From a bacterium HR16 (GTDB lineage Bacteria; Armatimonadota; HRBIN16), in the NCBI GenBank assembly GCA_002898895.1, contig BEHS01000002.1:1-57084 (forward strand): 57,084 bases of DNA, given 5' to 3'. The translations under genes were made by a program, and so were the position numbers. The notes beneath the pieces are model-generated. The model had not been told where the DNA came from. It did not search any database and worked only from the letters and a program-made list of their open reading frames with translations. Of the stretch, positions 52,786-57,084 are shown one piece after another; position 1 is the stretch's first letter, and every line of letters begins with the position of its first letter.

Positions 52786-54812
52786 GGCGTCATCACCTTC
52801 ACCGCGAAGCGGGTCTGCGTGCTGGAGGCGTTTGGGTCGCCGAAGATGAGGAAGATGTCTGTGCCTCGGCGCACTTGCTGGCGGTAGGTGAGATAGAAGG
52901 TGTTCATCTGCTCGAAGCCCCCGAATCGGCTCCCCCTGCCGATGTAGCGTCCGCCGATACTGCGTTCGGCGTCGATGTCGTAGTTCAGCGTGACAATCAG
53001 CTGGTGCAGATTGCGGTCAGGGGTGACGGGGTCGTGGTAGAGAATCTGGCTCCGTTCGTACTCCATCTTCAGACGCAACCGGCTGGTGAAGGGAATGCCC
53101 TGTGAGAACCGCCAGAAGAGGCTGTCTCCACCTGCCTCCTTGCCGAACGATACCATCACCCCGCCGGAATTGTACAGCTTGCGGTAGTTCCATGACGTGC
53201 TGGCCTCCAGAATGCGGTCGCGGTAGGGTGGGCGGTGATACAGCTGCCCAAATACCGAGAGAGCGATGTCGTTGCGTAGCACGGCGGAACCCCATACACC
53301 GACGGCTTCGTCAAATACTCCCCCGTCCAGCTTCCATCGTTGGAGAACAGATATACTGGCGCTTAGCTCCTGGAGTGGACGGTTCTGCCAGTGGTTTTCG
53401 TAGATGACAGCTGTATTGTAACCTCGAATGCCCACTTCTGGCGCGTAGCCCAGCGTGGGGTTAAAGGCACGAGAAATCTGTTGTATCTGCCCGCCGAAGC
53501 TGATGCGCCCATCCCCCCGGTACCGCCAGAAGCTGAGAGCCATCTTCTCGCCGACGGGCATGTTCTGTCCCGAGGTGCGGAAGTAGAGCGCGGCGATGAT
53601 GGCGTATCCGTCCGGAAAAGCGGGCGAGGCAACTGCGCCCGCACCAAATGCGGTGGCGTGGACGCCGGGGCGGTCGTCGCGCACGATTTGCACCTCCGTG
53701 CGGGAGCGGTCGGTTATCTGGTAGCCCAGTCTTCCAACAACCGCCTTCTGGTTGCCGCCTGTGGTGGCAAGCGCGCCGTAGCTCCACCTGCCCAGCGCAC
53801 CGAAGGATTTCAACGCGGCATCTACCATCTGCAGGTTCCCGCTGTAAAAGAGCGTGGTATCGGGGAAGAAGGCGTCTCCCTCGATGAAGAAAGGACGTGT
53901 CTCCGGCACGATACGCGGCACGTAGCTGAAGGAGACGCTGTCCACCTCGCGCGCAATGTTTTTGAAGTCGGGATTGAGCGTCAGCAGGGTAGCAATCCCT
54001 CCACGCGAGGTGAGTTTCACATCCAGTCCACTGCGCCACTCAGCGTTTCCTGAGGTACTATCCAGCTGGATGTAGGGCAGGATAACAGGGGCAGGCACCG
54101 CTTCGGGTAACTGCAGACCCTTCCAGCGAGCTCGTTTGAGCGGGTCGTACGCCGTGCCTGTGTTGGGGTAGTAGTAAGTGGTTCCCAGTCGCGGCACGAA
54201 CCGGAGCAGCACCACCCCAAAAGTTTGTTGTCCCTGCGGAATGCGCAGCATCCGAAACGGGATGAACATCTCCGCGCTCCAGCCGCGCTCATGGCGCACC
54301 GCTGCCGCCTTCCAGTCTCCCCGCCACTGTACGTTGCTGACGCTGCCTCCGGGGATTTCATCATACTGCGTGCCGCGTGCGTTGACACGGAAGATATAGG
54401 GGGCTACGTCCAGTCCGGTAGGCTCGATAGCCAGCTCCACGTAGTCGTCCTTAGAGAGGTCGGCGTTTCGGCGAACCTCCTGCGCCTGAATCTTTTCCGG
54501 CTCCGGGTCATAGCAATCGAACGCGGCGTAAATGCCGTCAGAGGTGTAGGCAAGGAAGACGGTGGTGGGCAGGTCTGCCTCGCGCTGTTCTTTCAGATAC
54601 CAGAAGGGGGCGATTCGGGCTGCACCGTCCCATTCCCCGGGGGAGAGAACGCCGTCGATGGTAGGTGGACGCGACAGCTGCTGTGCCGGTATAACGGCGA
54701 CGCCGGGTTCAGTGTCCTTTCCACCCGCTGCCGCCAGCCCGACGAGGAACAGTACCCCCTTGAGAATGAGCAGACAATTCCAGAGTAATGCTTTCTTGCG
54801 AACCGGGTTCAC
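52779..54812 (-). CDS. Putative outer-membrane beta-barrel protein with an N-terminal CBM9-like domain (DUF5916-like)
   Basis: Signal/TM segment; PPTIDGVLSPGEWDGAARI (CBM9-like); a long run of alternating beta-strand pattern; ends in ...FAVKVMTPW with an aromatic terminus. Confidence 0.6.
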   Translation of the reverse strand: MNPVRKKALLWNCLLILKGVLFLVGLAAAGGKDTEPGVAVIPAQQLSRPPTIDGVLSPGEWDGAARIAPFWYLKEQREADLPTTVFLAYTSDGIYAAFDCYDPEPEKIQAQEVRRNADLSKDDYVELAIEPTGLDVAPYIFRVNARGTQYDEIPGGSVSNVQWRGDWKAAAVRHERGWSAEMFIPFRMLRIPQGQQTFGVVLLRFVPRLGTTYYYPNTGTAYDPLKRARWKGLQLPEAVPAPVILPYIQLDSTSGNAEWRSGLDVKLTSRGGIATLLTLNPDFKNIAREVDSVSFSYVPRIVPETRPFFIEGDAFFPDTTLFYSGNLQMVDAALKSFGALGRWSYGALATTGGNQKAVVGRLGYQITDRSRTEVQIVRDDRPGVHATAFGAGAVASPAFPDGYAIIAALYFRTSGQNMPVGEKMALSFWRYRGDGRISFGGQIQQISRAFNPTLGYAPEVGIRGYNTAVIYENHWQNRPLQELSASISVLQRWKLDGGVFDEAVGVWGSAVLRNDIALSVFGQLYHRPPYRDRILEASTSWNYRKLYNSGGVMVSFGKEAGGDSLFWRFSQGIPFTSRLRLKMEYERSQILYHDPVTPDRNLHQLIVTLNYDIDAERSIGGRYIGRGSRFGGFEQMNTFYLTYRQQVRRGTDIFLIFGDPNASSTQTRFAVKVMTPW

Positions 54813-54878
54813 CTGTATCTGAACCTCTCAATTGCTTTACAGCTCTGCAAGGTATCATACAATACTACAGCATCGTTG

Positions 54879-56120
54879 TCAACAGCTCTTTGACGGTATC
54901 CGGCGTGCGCTCCACGTGCCCAGAGCCACCATCACCGCGGTGGTGATAAACGCCGCCGGGTAGCCAGCCCAGCTCACAATAAGCCCGCCGATGAAAGGTG
55001 CGGTGGCAGCAGGCAGGTTCATGAAGTTCTGCAGGGCGATATATGTGGGGCGCTCGGCAGGCGGCGCGATAGAGAGAATGGTGTTGGTGAAGGCGGTCCA
55101 CAGGCTCCACGCCAGCGCGCCCAGACAGCCAAATACCAGTACGAACCCCCACGCAACCGGCATGACCAGAGCGGCCAGAGGCGGAACCAGCGCGAGCGAC
55201 ACTACCGCTTGCAGAGCACGCACCGCGCCGAAGCGGTCTGCCATCCATCCCCAGAGCGGCCCGGTAATTACGGCGCCGACCGTTTGCGCGGTGAGGTAAA
55301 TCGCCACATACGATTCGGGCAAGCCGAACCGCTCTCGGGCATACAGCACATAGAAACTGGATGCGACACCCCCACCTGCCAGCAGAAACTGTGTGGTGAG
55401 CACCCAGCGCAAAGCGGGGTCATCGCGCCAGAGGGCAGGGATGCGGCGAAGGTGCTCCCAGAAGGTGCGATCCGGGTCCTCCTGCGGAGGGGTATCCGGT
55501 TCGTGTATCAACAACAGCATGAGGAGCGAGAGAAGCAGCCCTGTCGCCATCAGCAAGAGAAGCAGGGCGTAGTTCCGGGGGAACTCCAGCGAGCGCAGGC
55601 TCAGCACCTTGCTGACCAGCACCGGCGCAACCAGCGCAGCCAGTGAGGAAACGGTCTGCATCGCTCCGAAGAACCGTCCGCGTATCGTCTCCGGCACCGA
55701 CTTGCCGATAATCTCCGTCCACGGCACGATGCTGAATCCGTCGGTGAAGATGAACAGCAGGCTGAAGAAGACGAACGCCCACAAAGCCAGCGCATAGTTT
55801 TTCCCATAGAACCATACCAGCAGAAACAGCAGGAACATGGGCAACCTGCCGATAAGGCAGGCGGTGACAAGGAACGGTTTCACTCGCCTTTTGCCGTGCA
55901 CGCGGTGGGCGACGTATGGCTGAGGTGCGAACAGTACCAGCAATCGCAGCCCGCTAATCAATCCGATCAGTTTGGGCGAGGCTCCCAGCTCGCGCAGGAA
56001 TTGTGGCATGACGGTAGTGGGGTCAAAACACGAGAACCCCACCATGAAGAACGCCACATCGCCGATGATGGCGATGATGTTCCGCCGTACAACCGATGGG
56101 GCAGCAGCAAGGTGGCTCAT
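54879..56120 (-). CDS. MFS transporter
   Basis: 413 aa with about 12 predicted hydrophobic segments and an Arg/Lys-rich loop motif HGKRRVKPF after TM2. Confidence 0.75.
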   Translation of the reverse strand: MSHLAAAPSVVRRNIIAIIGDVAFFMVGFSCFDPTTVMPQFLRELGASPKLIGLISGLRLLVLFAPQPYVAHRVHGKRRVKPFLVTACLIGRLPMFLLFLLVWFYGKNYALALWAFVFFSLLFIFTDGFSIVPWTEIIGKSVPETIRGRFFGAMQTVSSLAALVAPVLVSKVLSLRSLEFPRNYALLLLLMATGLLLSLLMLLLIHEPDTPPQEDPDRTFWEHLRRIPALWRDDPALRWVLTTQFLLAGGGVASSFYVLYARERFGLPESYVAIYLTAQTVGAVITGPLWGWMADRFGAVRALQAVVSLALVPPLAALVMPVAWGFVLVFGCLGALAWSLWTAFTNTILSIAPPAERPTYIALQNFMNLPAATAPFIGGLIVSWAGYPAAFITTAVMVALGTWSARRIPSKSC

Positions 56121-56722
56121 TCAGCGGCTTTTTGCAACTCCTCCAGCAGCGGCAATGTGCGTGAAGCGAGCAACACCTCCTGCGTGAAGAATTCGCTCAG
56201 TTCGCGTTTACTCACCTTGTCCACGTCCGGGCGGCGCGCGGCGCGCATCTGCTCTCGTGCCCAGTTCTGGATGGTCTGCTTCTGCGTGTCGGAAAGAATG
56301 CCGTCCAGCTTTGCCCAGAGGGTGCGCACCACCTGGTCCACCGTCTTGATGCGCAATTGCACGGCGGCGTTGTCTGCTTCCCGCAGCTTCTTGCGCAGTT
56401 CGTCAGAGGGGGTCTTGCCCTTCAGCGCTTCGTTCCTCGCTGCCAGTATCTCCTCGCGCATCTGCAGCAGAGCCTGTGCGTTGCGTTCCTCCATACGCAT
56501 CAGGTCGGCTTGCGCTTGCTCCAGCAGAGGCTTGATTTTGCCTATCTGCTCCTTGTTCAGCTTGAGCGGGGTCAACACCAGCAGCAGGTCGATATCCGCC
56601 AGCGCAGTGAGCACCTCGTTTGCCTTCTGCACCGACTCCGGTACCTTCGGTGTCTGCGCCCACGCCATCGGCACCAGATATAGCGCCAGCAGGAGAGATA
56701 CCGTGATGCTGTTGCCCTTCAT
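56117..56722 (-). CDS. Secreted all-helical protein of unknown function
   Basis: Signal peptide MKGNSITVSLLLALYLVPMAWAQ, followed by charged heptad-like helices. Its start and stop overlap both neighbouring genes. Confidence 0.6.
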   Translation of the reverse strand: MKGNSITVSLLLALYLVPMAWAQTPKVPESVQKANEVLTALADIDLLLVLTPLKLNKEQIGKIKPLLEQAQADLMRMEERNAQALLQMREEILAARNEALKGKTPSDELRKKLREADNAAVQLRIKTVDQVVRTLWAKLDGILSDTQKQTIQNWAREQMRAARRPDVDKVSKRELSEFFTQEVLLASRTLPLLEELQKAAE

Positions 56723-57084
56723 TTCTGCGCCTCCAGAGAGCGAATCGCCTCGATGACCTCTTCGACGTGGCCGTCCACTTTCACTTTGGGGAAGACGCGA
56801 CGGACGATTCCGTTCTCGTCAATGAGGAAGGTGGTGCGTTCGATGCCCATATATGTTCTGCCGTATTGCTGCTTCTCCTTCCACACGCCGTACAGGGTGG
56901 CGACCTGAGCTCCTTCGTCCGCCAGCAGGGGAAAACTCAGCCCGTATTTCTGCGCGAACCTCTGGTGCGAAGCAACGCTATCCGGGCTGATGCCCAGCAC
57001 CACCACGCCCATGCTCTGCAATACCCCTAAATTATCGCGGAACGAGCAGGCTTCCTTTGTGCAGCCGGGCGTATCGTCTTTTGG
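56719..57084 (-). CDS. bcp: Thiol peroxidase Bcp (peroxiredoxin); the N-terminus runs off the right edge
   Basis: Hand translation from the window edge: PKDDTPGCTKEACSFRDNLGVLQSMGVVVLGISPDSVASHQRFAQKYGLSFPLLADE.... The peroxidatic Cys lies in the motif TPGCT. Confidence 0.85.
   Translation of the reverse strand, partial: PKDDTPGCTKEACSFRDNLGVLQSMGVVVLGISPDSVASHQRFAQKYGLSFPLLADEGAQVATLYGVWKEKQQYGRTYMGIERTTFLIDENGIVRRVFPKVKVDGHVEEVIEAIRSLEAQK

Noticed and set aside
1-57084. CRISPR arrays, rRNA, tRNA, prophage or integrase genes
   Set aside because: There are no regularly spaced direct repeats with unique spacers. The repeats present are palindromic REP- or MITE-type with irregular spacing. 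No rRNA or tRNA signatures were seen, and there are no integrase or phage structural genes.

Overview
GC-rich (~60%) bacterial chromosomal window, densely coded, with no rRNA, tRNA or CRISPR array that I could find. Housekeeping genes: pnp (partial), rpsO, rpmE, purB, queC, sucCD, rsmI and bcp (partial). Envelope proteolysis genes: a four-PDZ HtrA, a probably inactive trypsin-fold neighbour, an M42 peptidase and a PEP-CTERM metzincin. Glycan-active or candidate glycan-active genes: a GH78 rhamnosidase, a GH13 amylase with a LacI regulator, a DUF4838 protein and two ~1065-aa secreted proteins. An Rrf2 regulator is divergent from a cupin-RIC nitrosative-stress pair. A contiguous minus-strand type IV pilus block runs pilM-N-O-(P-like)-Q-B-HDOD-T-C. 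An H-X9-DG pseudopilin, a PEP-CTERM tail and the large secreted glycosidase-like proteins suggest an Armatimonadota- or Planctomycetota-like diderm (inference only). Most intergenic space is filled by at least four short structured repeat families. One family brackets a single-copy-looking HUH/Tyr transposase (RAYT) in inverted orientation, the arrangement expected for a REP/RAYT unit. Next to it lies a two-gene module of a BBE-like FAD oxidase and an ArsM-like methyltransferase. The methyltransferase reading frame carries an in-frame UGA at the family's conserved cysteine position, followed by a stem-loop. This is either a selenocysteine-recoding candidate or a fresh pseudogene. Other points worth a look: a solitary Rad52-like gene with a zinc ribbon behind a consensus promoter, a frameshifted hicA beside an intact hicB, an internally duplicated secreted protein of unknown function, and hairpin repeats inside the 5' coding end of the GH13 gene.
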